Positions 39,880 through 52,964 of a stretch of DNA of 64,000 bases are shown in pieces. The stretch is from positions 3,921 through 67,920 of the forward strand of contig MU058138.1 in NCBI GenBank assembly GCA_013265495.1, read 5' to 3'. The stretch comes from Vicugna vicugna. Lineage: Eukaryota. Within the stretch, counting starts at the first letter, position 1. Each line of letters starts with the position of its first letter. The position numbers were made by a program, and so were the translations under genes. The notes below the pieces were generated by a model. The model searched no databases. It was given only the letters and a program-made list of their open reading frames with translations, and had not been told where the DNA came from.

Positions 39880-41500
39880 GATACTGGACATGATCTTACA
39901 TATAGAAGACATAATAAATTGCACCCCAAATTGTTAGAACTAATAAACAATTCAGCAAAGTTGTAAATACAAAAATAGCATAAAAACAGTTGCATTTATA
40001 TATACAAGAAATGACCTATCAGAAAAAGAATTCAAGGAAATAATCCTATTTACAACAGCATCAGAAAGGATGGAATAATTTGGAATGAATTTAACCAAAG
40101 AGGTGAAAGATTTGTGCACTGAAAATTGTGTGGCATTGATGAAAAAAACTGACACAAATAAATGGAAAGATGTTCCATGTTCATGAATGGAAAAATAAAT
40201 ATTGGTAAAATGTCCACACTATCTAAAGCAATTTACAGATTCAAAATTATCCCCATCAAATTTCCAATGGCATTTTTCAGAGAAATACAAGAAAAAAACT
40301 CATTAAATTCATATAGAACCACATAAGACCCCAAATAGCCAAGCAATTTTGAGAGGGGAAAACAAAGCTTGAGACACTACACTTTCTGATTTCTAAATAT
40401 ATTACAAATCTTTAGTAATCAAAACAGCATGGTAATAGGATAAAAACAGCTACATAGACAAGTGAAACTCAACAGCAAGGTTAGAAATAAACCCACACAT
40501 ATATGGTCAAATGGTCAGTGAAAAGAGAGGCATGAATACACTGTGGGAAAAGGAAAAGGCTCTACTTTGAGTTGGGAAAACTGCTTATCCAAATGCAGAA
40601 GAATGAATCTGTACCCTGTTTATGGTTTGAATGTATATATTCCCCAAAATTCATATGCTGAAATTTGATTGCCCAAGATGATAATGTGAGGCACTAGAGC
40701 ATTTGCAGGGTGATTAAACCAAAAGGGCAAGGCCCTCATTAAAGAAATTAATGTCTTATAAAAGAGGAATGTTTGATGTGGGCATATAAGAATTGGAACC
40801 CTTGTCCTCTGTTGGTGGGAATACAAACTGATGCAAACACCATGGAAAACAGCATGGAGGTTTCTAAAATAATTAAAGATTAAAAATACTATATCATCCC
40901 ACAATTCCACTTCTGGGTATATATCCAAAGGAAATGACAGCAGTATCATCAAAGATATCTGCATTCCCATGTTAAGTGAAGCATTATTCACAACAGCTAA
41001 AATATGAAAACAACCCAAGTGTCTGACAACACACGACAATGCATTGTTTCTATAACAATGGAATATTATTCAACCATAAAAAGAAGACCATGTCTTTTGG
41101 AACATGGATGAACTGGGAAGACACAAAGTGAAATAAACCAGATACAGAGAGAAAAATAATGTATTATCTCACAAACAAGTAGAAACTTGAGGGGAAAAAA
41201 AAGCAAACTCAAAGCAGTAGAGAGTAAATGTTGATTGCCAGGAGTTGGAGGGGAATGAGGATATGTTAGTTCAAAGGTTACAAATTTCCAGTTATAAGAT
41301 GAATAAGTTCTGAGGGTCTAATATACAGCATAATGCTGTATGATATACTGTATTGTATATTTGAAATTTACTAAGAGTAAGGAATGTTTTAATTAGCTCC
41401 ACTGTGGTAATCACTTCAAAGTGTATATGTATGTAAAATCATCACATTGTACATCTGCAATATATACAACTTTAAGTTGTTAACTATACCTCAGTAAAGC
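39880..41500 (+). mobile_element. L1 ORF2/3' UTR fragment with a nested partial MaLR LTR (about 40618-40768)
   Basis: L1 motifs 'aatttaaccaaagaggtgaaagatttgtgcactgaaaa' and 'caattccacttctgggtatatatccaaagg'; LTR 5' end 'tatggtttgaatgtatatattccccaaaattcatatgctgaaat'. Confidence 0.85.
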
Positions 41501-41921
41501 TGGGAGAACAATGTTACATACTATGTGATTCAATTTATATGACATTCTGGGAAAAGACAAAACTCTAGAATTGGAAATGGATCTGTGTTTACTAGGACCT
41601 GGAAGTGAAGGCAAGAGAAGGTTACAGAGGGTCATGGAAACACTTTTGGTGATGAAGCATTCTGCATGTTGATTGTGATAATGATTGCAGAACTTATGCA
41701 TTTATCAGAACTTTTAGAACTTAGACTGAAAAGGATGAATGATATACTGTGAAAACTGTATCTTATCTAAAAAGTTAAAAAAAATTCTATATTGAAAGAA
41801 CAGATACTTGGAAAATGCAATAGATAATAAGATCCTTTTAAAATAACAGCATAAAAAATTCAGAAAGACTAAACTTTATATATACTGGAAACATACTAGA
41901 TATTATTAACATAAAAGATGA

Positions 41922-42611
41922 NNNNNNNNNNNNNNNNNNNNNNNNNNNNNNNNNNNNNNNNNNNNNNNNNNNNNNNNNNNNNNNNNNNNNNNNNNNNNNN
42001 NNNNNNNNNNNNNNNNNNNNNNNNNNNNNNNNNNNNNNNNNNNNNNNNNNNNNNNNNNNNNNNNNNNNNNNNNNNNNNNNNNNNNNNNNNNNNNNNNNNN
42101 NNNNNNNNNNNNNNNNNNNNNNNNNNNNNNNNNNNNNNNNNNNNNNNNNNNNNNNNNNNNNNNNNNNNNNNNNNNNNNNNNNNNNNNNNNNNNNNNNNNN
42201 NNNNNNNNNNNNNNNNNNNNNNNNNNNNNNNNNNNNNNNNNNNNNNNNNNNNNNNNNNNNNNNNNNNNNNNNNNNNNNNNNNNNNNNNNNNNNNNNNNNN
42301 NNNNNNNNNNNNNNNNNNNNNNNNNNNNNNNNNNNNNNNNNNNNNNNNNNNNNNNNNNNNNNNNNNNNNNNNNNNNNNNNNNNNNNNNNNNNNNNNNNNN
42401 NNNNNNNNNNNNNNNNNNNNNNNNNNNNNNNNNNNNNNNNNNNNNNNNNNNNNNNNNNNNNNNNNNNNNNNNNNNNNNNNNNNNNNNNNNNNNNNNNNNN
42501 NNNNNNNNNNNNNNNNNNNNNNNNNNNNNNNNNNNNNNNNNNNNNNNNNNNNNNNNNNNNNNNNNNNNNNNNNNNNNNNNNNNNNNNNNNNNNNNNNNNN
42601 NNNNNNNNNNN
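41922..42611. other. Assembly gap
   Basis: Run of N. Confidence 1.
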
Positions 42612-43691
42612 NTTTCTTTAATCAGACTGAAATACTACAAATGTTTATCAACACTGGCTGTTGAGAATGTCATAAAAAGGTATTCTCCAGAATTAGGAAA
42701 GTAGTGAGTTTGGTACAAACTCATAGATGGCATTTTGTCAATAACTATGAACATCAACATTTTAAATGTATGTATCAATTGACTCAGCAATTCCACCGCT
42801 GGGAACTCAAACTTAAGAAATTTCAAAAAGACTTCATTGCAAAATTATTTGTCATAGAAGACTGAAGAAAACATGAAGGGGACTGGATTCATCGGTGTTA
42901 GTGATCTTTAAAAAGAAATTAAGCAGTTTGAAGAAACTGAGAGTGAGTTAGATCTGTAGACTGGTATATGAAGATGCTCAGGAGGCTGAGTAGTAAATAG
43001 CAAAATTTATACACAGAGACATCATTGTGAACACATATGTAAAAATATACATATTTTTGCAAATATTATTATTGGAAGAAACTTAGAGGATAATGACTGC
43101 ATCTGGAAAAACTGGAAGACTGTAATTTAGGATGAGTAGGAGGTTTATTCCAAGTTATTCCATTTTGCACAGATTTCATTTTTAATATGTATTATCATTA
43201 TTATCTATTAGCTTTCAATTTTTAATTTAGAAAATTAAATATTACACTAAAAATGTTATATTGAATAAAAGAATAATCTGTATAACATTAAACATTCTAA
43301 ATTTACAATAAAAACAATGAAGATAAGTGATAAGAATCTGAGTAACATAAAACTAAGAATGAGAAAGAATTAAAAGTAAATACAGCAATTAAGTAAAAAT
43401 TAATGAAACTCTATAAAATTGCATTGACTACTTTATTACACATCATTTACTGACTCCCTACTGTAAATGCATTCCAAACTTCTAGGTGCACTGATAAACC
43501 AGACATTATAGAGTTTATATTTTAGCAGGAAAGCTAGTATTAATAGCAGAAGGATACAGTTCATTTTTGAATTATAATGATCACAAATTCTTCAGAGAAA
43601 AGGAAAGCTTGCATCAGATTTATGAAGACTTTCATATTCCAAGGAGGCTAGTTCTAGTGCTAAATTCTTTCCTTTATGATGGATAATGTGC

Positions 43692-44620
43692 TTATTTATT
43701 ACTTGATCTCACTTTTTTTCTCCAGAGCTTCTTCATAGCATTAGTCATCTCAGAATTTCTTAGACTGTAGATAAATGGGTTCAGCACGGGGCTTATGACT
43801 GTATAAAACACATTTAAAAATTTGTCAATAGGGAAGGTCTTAGCAGGTCTTGCATACATGAAAATACAAGGAACAAAGAAGCAGACAACCACAGCAATGT
43901 GGGAAACACAGGTCTGGAGGGCTTTCCACCTCCCTTCCTGACTCAGGTTCTTTAGAGAGTGCAAGATGATTACATAAGAGATGAGTAAGAGCAGAAAAAA
44001 ATACTGCACATCAGTCCTCCATTGGCCACCACTAAGATGCCAGTGACAAAGGTGTCAGTACAGATGAGTTTCAACAAGGGGAACATATCACACATAAAAT
44101 GATCAATGACATTGGGGCCACAGAATGGGAGCACATAAATAGTGCCAAGATGAATTACTGAGTGCAGAAAACCTCCAACACAGGACACCACCAGCAACAC
44201 AACACACACCCTTTGCCTCATGATAACCAAATAATGCAAGGGCTTACAGATGGCCACATAGAAATCATAGGCCATCACCAACAGAAGAACAATCTCTGAC
44301 CCACCAAAAAAGTGTTCTGTAAAAAGCTGAGTCATGCAAGATTCAAAGGATATGGTGTTTTCCCCAAAGAAGAAGTCTGAAATCAATCTGGGGGAACTAG
44401 AAGAAGAATAAATTAGATCTATAAATGATAAGCTAGCAAGAAAAATGTACATCGATGAGTTCAGAGTCTTACTGACAGTAATTGTAACGACAATGAGCAG
44501 GTTACCCACCATAGTCAAAATGCTGAAAAGCAAGAACATGACAATAAGGAATTTCTGTTCCTTTGGATTCTGTGTGAGGCCCAAGAGAACAAAGTTAGTT
44601 ACATTTTTCCTTGGTTCCAT
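43692..44620 (-). pseudogene. OR4A47-like gene with a single 1-nt frameshift
   Basis: ORFs 43970-44620 and 43692-44009 join into a 309-aa OR if one base is restored in the A7 run at 43995-44001 (paralog 33311-33322 is one base longer). Confidence 0.88.
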
Positions 44621-45323
44621 TTAGTCTGTACACAAGCTGACTTCACATATTAGAAGCAGTTTACCTACAAAACAATGGGGGGACATTTAAATGCATTATA
44701 AGGTTAATCATTTTATCTACTCAATTAAAAGAATGTGTATGGAGTATTTGTTCATGTCCAATGTGCCATTGACATTGTGAATACCAAGTTGAATAAGGCA
44801 TCGTTCCCCAACGTCAGTGATAGGATACATGACAGGGGATCAGACAATTCCAGACCCATGTAATAAGTACCATTAAAAGGATATTCACACAATGCTAAGA
44901 GTGTAGGAATATGTCAAATAGTCAAAATGCTGAAAAGCAAGAACATGACAATAAGGAATTTCTGTTCCTTTGGATTCTGTGTGAGGCCCAAGAGAACAAA
45001 GTTAGTTACATTTTTCCTTGGTTCCATTTAGTCTGTACACAAGCTGACTTCACATATTAGAAGCAGTTTACCTACAAAACAATGGGGGACATTTAAATGC
45101 ATTATAAGGTTAATTGTTTTATCTATTCAATTAAAAGAATGTGTATGGAGTATTTGTTCATGTCCAATGTGCCATTGACATTGTGAATACCAAGTTGAAT
45201 AAGGCATCGTTCCCCAACGTCAGTGATAGGATACATGACAGGGGATCAGACAATTCCAGACCCATGTAATAAGTACCATTAAAAGGATATTCACACAATG
45301 CTAAGAGTGTAGGAATATGTCAA
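44511..45323. repeat. 407/406-bp direct tandem duplication covering the OR start codon and splice acceptor
   Basis: 44511-44917 versus 44918-45323; 3 substitutions and one G-run indel seen by eye. Confidence 0.95.
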
Positions 45324-46930
45324 TCAAACTGAAATCAGAGAAGGCTTCTTATGTATGTAAAGAAAAATTTAGTTGAGTTTTTTTTTTTAAGTGAAAGAAC
45401 AAGAAAAGATGGGAAAGGAATTTCATGAAAAGGTACACGACTTATAAAGTCACAAAAGTATAATACTTGAGACTCACTTAAGGTGATTTACATTATCAGT
45501 ATGAGTAGATCTAACCATAAATAGGTGTTCTCTATCCTGAATTGTGTCAAACCTCAGTGATAATTCTTCAGGGTCTCTAGGTGGGTATTTCCCTTTTCCT
45601 GAGCAATAAATACTGCAGCAGTCCAATTTTGCATCTCCAGGCTTTCTCTCTCCCCTAATTTTCAAGCCTGTATGTGCAACATCTCTAATTTTGGACATCC
45701 AACTGAATTGAAATTTAGCATTTGTAAAACTAACTTTTAATTGTCCATAATAAACATAAGGATTTCCTATACCTAAAATTTAATAGATATTCCCTATTCA
45801 TCTCATTAAATGGCTATCATTTTCTATGTTATGTTTTTACAAAAAAATTCACAGTGTTCTTCACTGTTGCAACTCTCATACAACTTAAACACATCCTATT
45901 GTCTCTACTTTTGAAATATATCACAAATTTGATCACTCTCTACCCATTAGTTCCTTTTGGGTTCACTGCAATAATCTCCTGACTCCACTTTTATTCTGGC
46001 CTCCAAAAACTGCTTCTCCTGAAGCAGCACAAACTGTCCTTTATAATCTTATTCTGATGACATCACCCTGTTGTTCAAAACTCCTACAGTATATTCCAGT
46101 CACACACACTCATGATTTAATGTATCAATTTAGTATTTACAGTAACAAGAAATGTAATACCCATTTCATAACTGAAGAAACTAAGGCTCAGAACATCTGA
46201 TTAATTTTCCCAAGGCCACCCATTTTTAAGTGATCAATCTAGAATTGGAAACTAAGTTTGATTTATTTCAAAATAATTTAATTTTTTACATAATGAAGAA
46301 GGTCACACAATGGTGAGCCTGGTTCCCACTATTTACAGTTAGATATACCTTGTACAGATTTATTCACAATCTGAAGGTTTTAACTCAGTATGTGGCCCTG
46401 GAATTCTTTCATTGCTAACAGAGGGGGAAAGGTTGCATTATGACTTGGGGATATATTTTATTTCATTTGGCTGGCTGTCCTTTTTCTTGATAGAGTCTTA
46501 TGATTACCTGGAAGGTCATTTTTATGTGCACAATAGATTATTTAAAAGGAATTCCATGTTGTGCACAGAGAAGCAAGTTTATAGTGTTAGGAAATTTATC
46601 AAAAAGACCAGCAAATCCTATATTTACATAGAAAGATAGCAACTAGTCATTTCCTGGGTAAATGTTTCACAAGTAGCTTCTTTCCCATGAATTTCAAAAA
46701 GAAAAATAACATTTGATTGTTTAACCCTTCTCACACCTTCAGTGTAACATGACTAAACTAGTTGACTTGTTATTTTTGAAAGACATTCCTGTGATTTATT
46801 TTATGTCATGCTTTAAGCCTAAGAAAGGAACTCCTAAAAAATTTGTGTAGTTCCTAAGTGGATACTGTCTTCTTCCAGATAGAGGTGAAGATCACGAGAC
46901 TTTTTGTCCCTTCTAAACACATTTCTCATT

Positions 46931-46988
46931 GAGTCTCAGAATTGGAAAGTGTCCAAAACCGATTCTTGCTTAATTAATTCACTGGGAT
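46931..46988 (-). promoter_or_regulatory. Candidate OR promoter block for the 44620 OR
   Basis: TAATTAATTCACTGGGA (46971-46987) within the conserved block. Confidence 0.5.
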
Positions 46989-47689
46989 TTTCAACAAAAT
47001 TTTAAAAGAACATCTATATGTAAAGCTATTACTAGATCAAATCAAGTAATTAGGGTCAGAAAGACATAACATGGAGGAAAAATATAGCTTTAGAGCCCTT
47101 ATGAGACTAATGCCAACCCAGAATAAAATTTAAACCTAGTCATTTTCTTCCAGTGAATTTACTTATTCTGTATTTCCTCACCTGTCATAGCAAGATTTTC
47201 CTTCTTTTTATTTAGTACTCAATGAAATCAGCTAAAAGTTTGGTTAGATATAAAAATTGTATCATCAATTTGGTTAAATATAAAAATTGTATCATCAATT
47301 TAAAAGTAATAATTATTTATCCTACTATTAATTTTTTAAAAAAAATTTAGGGCACCTGTTTTATAACTGTGCCATGAGTGAGGACACAATGATTAATAAA
47401 ACTGGACGGGGGGAATCATATAAAAGGTCTTCCCTGTATGATCTTATATTCTTATATACAAAGTCAAACAATAAAAGGAGATGATTTAATAAAGTAATTA
47501 TAGTTTTATTCACCCCTTAGAAGATAACAAATAGGGTACTGTGACAGAAATAAGAGGGAGAATTCTACCATGGATAATGTAATCAGGGACAATGTTTCTT
47601 AAAATGTGATTAAGCTGAGATCCAAAGGATAGGAAGTGGCTACCACTGAAGCACTGTTACAGACAGTAAAGTTAAGTAAATATTAGTTA

Positions 47690-48780
47690 AGTAAAATTAT
47701 ATCTCTTCAGAGATGGCATGATTTATACGTAGAAAACTCAAAAATTTTTCATAGAAATTTTTAAATTTTGCTACTGAGAGTGTGCACTCTTGTCTTTTCC
47801 AGGTGTTAATGGGAAAGCTTTCCACCTTTCAATGCTGAGGATGGTGTGCACTGTGGATCTGCCATATACAGTGTTTGCTATGTTGAGGTGCTTTTCTTCT
47901 ACACCCAATTTGTTGAGAGGTTTTTCCATGAAATGATGTTGAATTTCTATACTGTTATGAACAACCCAAGGAAAATTAAGAAAATAATTCCACTTACAAA
48001 TAACATCAAAAGAGTAATATAGTTAGGAATAAACTTAAACAAGGAGATAAAAGTCTTGAACATTGAAAACTGCAAAATGTTGCTGAAAGATGTTATAGAA
48101 CACACACATATCGGGAGAGACACATATGAGCTGGAATATTTAGTATTATTAAAATGTTAATACTACCTCAAGTAATCTACAGACTCAATGCAATCCCTAT
48201 CAAAATCCCAAAAATGTTTTTTGCAGAAATAGAAAAATCCATGCTAAAATTCATATGGAATCTCGGGGGGACTCCAAATTGCCAAAACAATATTTGAAAA
48301 CAAAGAAATTGGAGGTCTCATACTTCATGATTCTAAAACATTCTACAAAGATTTGGTAATCACAGAACCGGTATTGAAATAAAGATGGACTTGCAGACTA
48401 ATGGAATAAAATAGACAGCCTAGAAATAAACCTTTGTATATGTGTTTCATAATTTTTGAGGGGGATGCCAAAAGCATTTAATGGGGAAAGGACATTATCC
48501 TAAGTGGGAAAAGGCAGTCACAAAAAAACAAATATCATATAAATCCACTTATATGAGGCACTTAAAGTAGTCAAATTCTAGACAGAAAGCAGAATAGGGG
48601 TTGCCTGGGGCTCAGTGAGTGGGGATTTTTATTTATTGGGTGTGGAGTTTCCACTTGGGAAGGTGGAAAAGTTCTGGAGGTTGGCAGTGGTGATGTTTGT
48701 ATAACAATGTGAATAAAATTTTGAAATTATAAATTTTGTTACTTACATTTAATCGCAAGTTTTAAAATAAATTTAAGAAC
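47690..48780 (+). mobile_element. Old L1 ORF2/3' fragment with an internal inverted piece (about 47770-47945)
   Basis: 'tctacagactcaatgcaatccctatcaaaatccc' and 'ccacttatatgaggcacttaaagtagtcaaattc'; paralogous to 36715-37430. Confidence 0.8.
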
Positions 48781-49184
48781 AAAAGTGACCTTGTCAACTG
48801 GTTTATGATGTGAACATAAACTATGACACGATAGCCCAAAGTATATGCAAAGGTCATTTACATAAGCTACACCAGGGTAATTTGTTTGAGAGGTAAACAC
48901 ATCTTTCCAATAGCAAAATTACTACATTAAAATCTCTAGAACTGTATCCTGAGAATCTGCATTTTACAAGAACCTAATTCTGACAGTAAATTAAACAACC
49001 AATTGAGCAATACATAAATTTAAATAAAAATTTTATAATCGTAGGTAATTCCCTACCTGGACCCTCCTCAAAGCCTAGATGTCAACATCAACATACTTTT
49101 GATAAGCAGTGTTCAGCTGGCCCCAAACCATAAAACTGTCTTCTTTTCTCTTCTCGATTGAAAAGATAAAGTAGTTTTATTTTG

Positions 49185-49592
49185 GTTTGATTTCTCACAC
49201 TCCAGGACTTCTGGATAGCATTTTTCACCTCTAAATTTTGTATGTAGGTTTAAGCTTAGCAAAGGAATTATCATGACATAAATGTAGCCACAGCTTTACC
49301 AGTGAAGAAGGTGGTAGTTGGGTGCAAATATACAAATAATCAGGGCACAAAGACTAAGATGACCACAGTGATGTGAGAGACACATGTGAAGAGGGCTTTG
49401 CACCTCCCTCCAAGCTACAGGTCCTTAGGGAGCACAAGATTATCACACAGAAGACCATCATGAGGAAAAAACTGGGGAGATGAACTCACTATTGTCAGCA
49501 ACATAGAATCCCAGTGTATGTGTCCACACAGACAGTTTCAATAAAGGGTTAAAGTCTCACATGAAGGTTCTATGACATTGGAGCCACAGACT
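49185..49592 (-). pseudogene. Heavily degraded 3'-half OR remnant, OR4C-like (absent from the ORF track)
   Basis: Manual translation across frameshifts: CGSNVI...NPLLKL...HTLGFYVADNS...IILCSLRTCSL...CKALFTCVSHITVVILVFVP*LFVYLHP...EVKNAIQKSW. Confidence 0.85.
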
Positions 49593-50460
49593 TACAAAAT
49601 GACTTGTCACAAAAAAATTTAAGAACGACATGAAAAGAAATGGATGCATTAGTTTTAGTATATATATATATAAGGGAGTATTGTGCAGTATGAGAAAAAC
49701 TAAGAGTTAGATCTAAATGGACTGATATGTAAATACCTTTTAGACATTGCATACAAAAAAAAGTTTACATACACAGAAAAATCACACACATATACTTAGA
49801 TGCAGTTTTATTTATATAGATTATTACCTGATTAATTTTAAGAAACAGATTAAGTGATTCCCTCTGGTAAAGAGGACTGGAGAATTTATGCTGAGACATA
49901 AATAAGAAATCCATTCTACACTTTATCCCATTTTGTATGTTTTTTATTTTGCTCTTTGTTATTATCTAATACACGTTAATTTCTTAAAATTAGAATTATA
50001 CTAAAATTTTTGTGTATAATGCAAATAAAATCTTATTTAAAAAGCCTACATATCATTAAATACTTCAAATATTATTTTAAAAGAATTAAATGACAAGAAT
50101 CTGTCTCAGAAAAAAGTAAAACAAAATGCATAAATTAATTAAAAACCAGTGTAATTATATAAAAATTTTCTTACTAATTAGTTATATATTGTTGACTCCT
50201 CACAATATAGGCATTACATCTTTCTAGGTGAAGTGATAAAAATGACATTATAGACCTTATATTCTACCAGGGAAGGAAACTTACTAACAGCATAATTGTG
50301 TAGTTGTATTTTTTAATTATATAGTTGTATTCTTTAGTTATAATTATCATAAATTCTTTGAAGAAAAGGAAGTCAGCATCAGATTTTAGACTCCTGAATT
50401 CCAAGACAGTGGACCCTGATGTCGTACAACTCTCTTCATGGTGGATGATGCACTTATTTA

Positions 50461-51384
50461 CTATGGGATACAATGAATGTTTCCTCTCCAGAGCTTCTTC
50501 ATGGCATTAGTCATCTCTGAATTTCTGAGTGTAGATTAGAGGGTTCAGCATTGGGGTGATGACTGTATAAAACACACCCAATGATTTGTCAATAGGGAAG
50601 GTCTTAGGAGGTCTTGGATACATGAACATACAAAGGACAAAGAAGCAGATAACCACAGTGATGTGGGAAATACAGGTCTGGAGGGCTTTCCACCTTCCTT
50701 CCTGACTCAGGTTCTTTAGAGAGTGCAAGATGACTCCATACGAGATAAGTAAGAGCAGAAACACAATAGTGCAGATCAGTCCTCCATTCACTGCCACTAA
50801 AAGGCCAGTGATAGAGGTGTCAGTACAAATGAGTTTCAGTAAAGGGTACATATCACACATAAAGTAATCAATAACATTAGGACCACAGAATGGGAGCACG
50901 TAAATAGTGCCAAGTTGAATTACTGAGTGCATGAAACCTCCAACCCAGGACACCAGCAGCAGCACAACACACACTCTTTGCCTCATGGTAACCAAATAAT
51001 GCAAGGGCTTACAGATGGCCATGTAGCAGTCATAGGCCATCACCAACAGAAGGAAGACCTCTGACCCACCAAAAAAGTGCTCAGAAAAGAGCTGTATGAT
51101 ACAAGATTGGAAGGACATGGTATTTCCCCCAAGGAACAAGCTCTAAATCAGTTTGGGAGAAGTAGATGAGGAATAAATGACATCCATTAATGATAAGCTA
51201 GCAAGAAAAAATTCATTGGTGAATTCAGAGTCTTACTGACAGTTACAGTCACCACAATGAGCAAGTTGCCTCCCATGGTCAAAATGTAGAAGAGCAAGAA
51301 CATAATAAAAATAACTTTCTGTTCCTTTGGATTCTGTGTGAGGCCCAGAAGGACAAAGTGAGTCACATTGTTCCTTGGTTCCAT
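50461..51384 (-). pseudogene. OR4A47-like pseudogene
   Basis: MEPRNNVT start; 1-nt deletion near 51210, TAG at 51143-51145 and 2-nt deletion near 50527 in YTLRN; acceptor at 51429-51430. Confidence 0.93.
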
Positions 51385-52964
51385 CTATTCCTTATAGGTG
51401 TTGACTTCAGATATTAGGAACGGTTTACCTATAAATCAAATAAAAGAAAATAACCTTTACATGTATTGTAAGCTTTACCTTTTTTATTCATTCAATCAAA
51501 AATGCACATGGAGAATCCATCTGAGTCAAGCCTGATATAGACAGGATCACCAAGTTGAACAAAATATGGTTCACTATTCTCAGTGATTTGATATATAATG
51601 AGGTGTCAGAGTACAGAGACTAATTTTATTTAAAGTGTACCTATAAATATACTCGTGTGGTAAGGGTTCACAGTTTCAGATCATCTAAATCAACTCTGGA
51701 TCTGTAAATTCCTCCCAAGGAAAGAAATGCTTTAGCTGAGTTTGAAAGGAGGAGAGAACAAGAGTGGAGGGAAAGGGAATTCTATGAAAAGATGCACATG
51801 CATAAAGTCACACAAGTGTGATATTTAGGTGAAGAATCACTTAAGGTAATTTATATATTCAAAGTGGAGAGAACCATTTATGAATGGATCTGTGTATACA
51901 ACTACCTAATTGACACTTTCAAACAGATATCAATTTAATATTTATTAAAATAAATTTAAAATTTTCCACATAAACCTATTGCTTCCTGGGTGTTCTCCAA
52001 TTCATTACATGGTACAAAACAGTTTAATGAAAGGAAATGTTAATACTGTGGAATACCTATCATTTTTATGCAAAACTATATATCAGATGCTATATCCATG
52101 CTTACATAGATGTTTTTATATATACATATATACATACATATGTATGTACAACTATAAACATACATATATTAATAAAATCACATTTAATGTGTAACATTTA
52201 ATCTTTGCTGTAACAAATATTGTTATGCTCATTTTTTAGTTGAAGAAATAAGCTCAGAATATTAAACTCAAAGTCATACATTTTTCAGTGAGAGAAATGG
52301 AATTATACTATGGTTGACTTCAAAATTCCTGTGATCCTAGAAAAAATTTTTCAACTTTTCAATTCTTATAAGTTCAAGTTTGTAATTTCCTACATAATAC
52401 AATAATTTACACAATTCAAAAGCCCGGCTTCCACTATCAACTGTTACAAGGTTACCTTTTGGAGTCTTGTTCACGATCAGCAAGGAGCCTTTTTAACTAT
52501 GTCATAAGGACCTGGAAATATCTCTTCAATCCAAGGACAAAAAACTACATTATTCCTTAAAGACATATTTGATTTCACATGACTATGTCTGTCTATTTTC
52601 TTTGCAGAGTCTTCTAAATATTATAAAAAATTATTATTACTTGCATTGTAGATCTGTTTAAAAGGAATTCCATGATGCAAACAGAAAAACAAAAATTTTT
52701 CATATTGAGTAATTTATCAAAAAGGCAAACAAATCTATGTCACATAAGAAGTTAGTAAATATTTTAAAAGGGAAATAGGTCTCAAGTAACTAACCTATAG
52801 TAACTAAAATAAGGAAAATTTATGGTGCAGTATTTGTGGCCATCTCATTCTATTGTTTTATTGCAACTACTGTATAAGTTAAAACAGTTCTAAAAAGGAT
52901 AGCAACTTCTCCCCAATAGAGGCAAAGATCATAGGACATCCTACACCTTCTAACCAGATATATC

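Noticed and set aside
34539..42664. Long X-containing ORFs
   Set aside because: Artefacts of translating through N gaps.
28654..47301. Short tandem duplications (28 bp at 28654-28709; about 30 bp at 47241-47301) as a possible array
   Set aside because: Two adjacent copies with no spacers; ordinary slippage events in eukaryotic DNA, not CRISPR-like.
11151..51430. AG|GT at the coding-exon acceptors of four OR pseudogenes versus AG|CT in the open gene (recursive-splice-like)
   Set aside because: AG|G is the normal acceptor consensus and the genes are related by descent; the sample is too small to infer anything.
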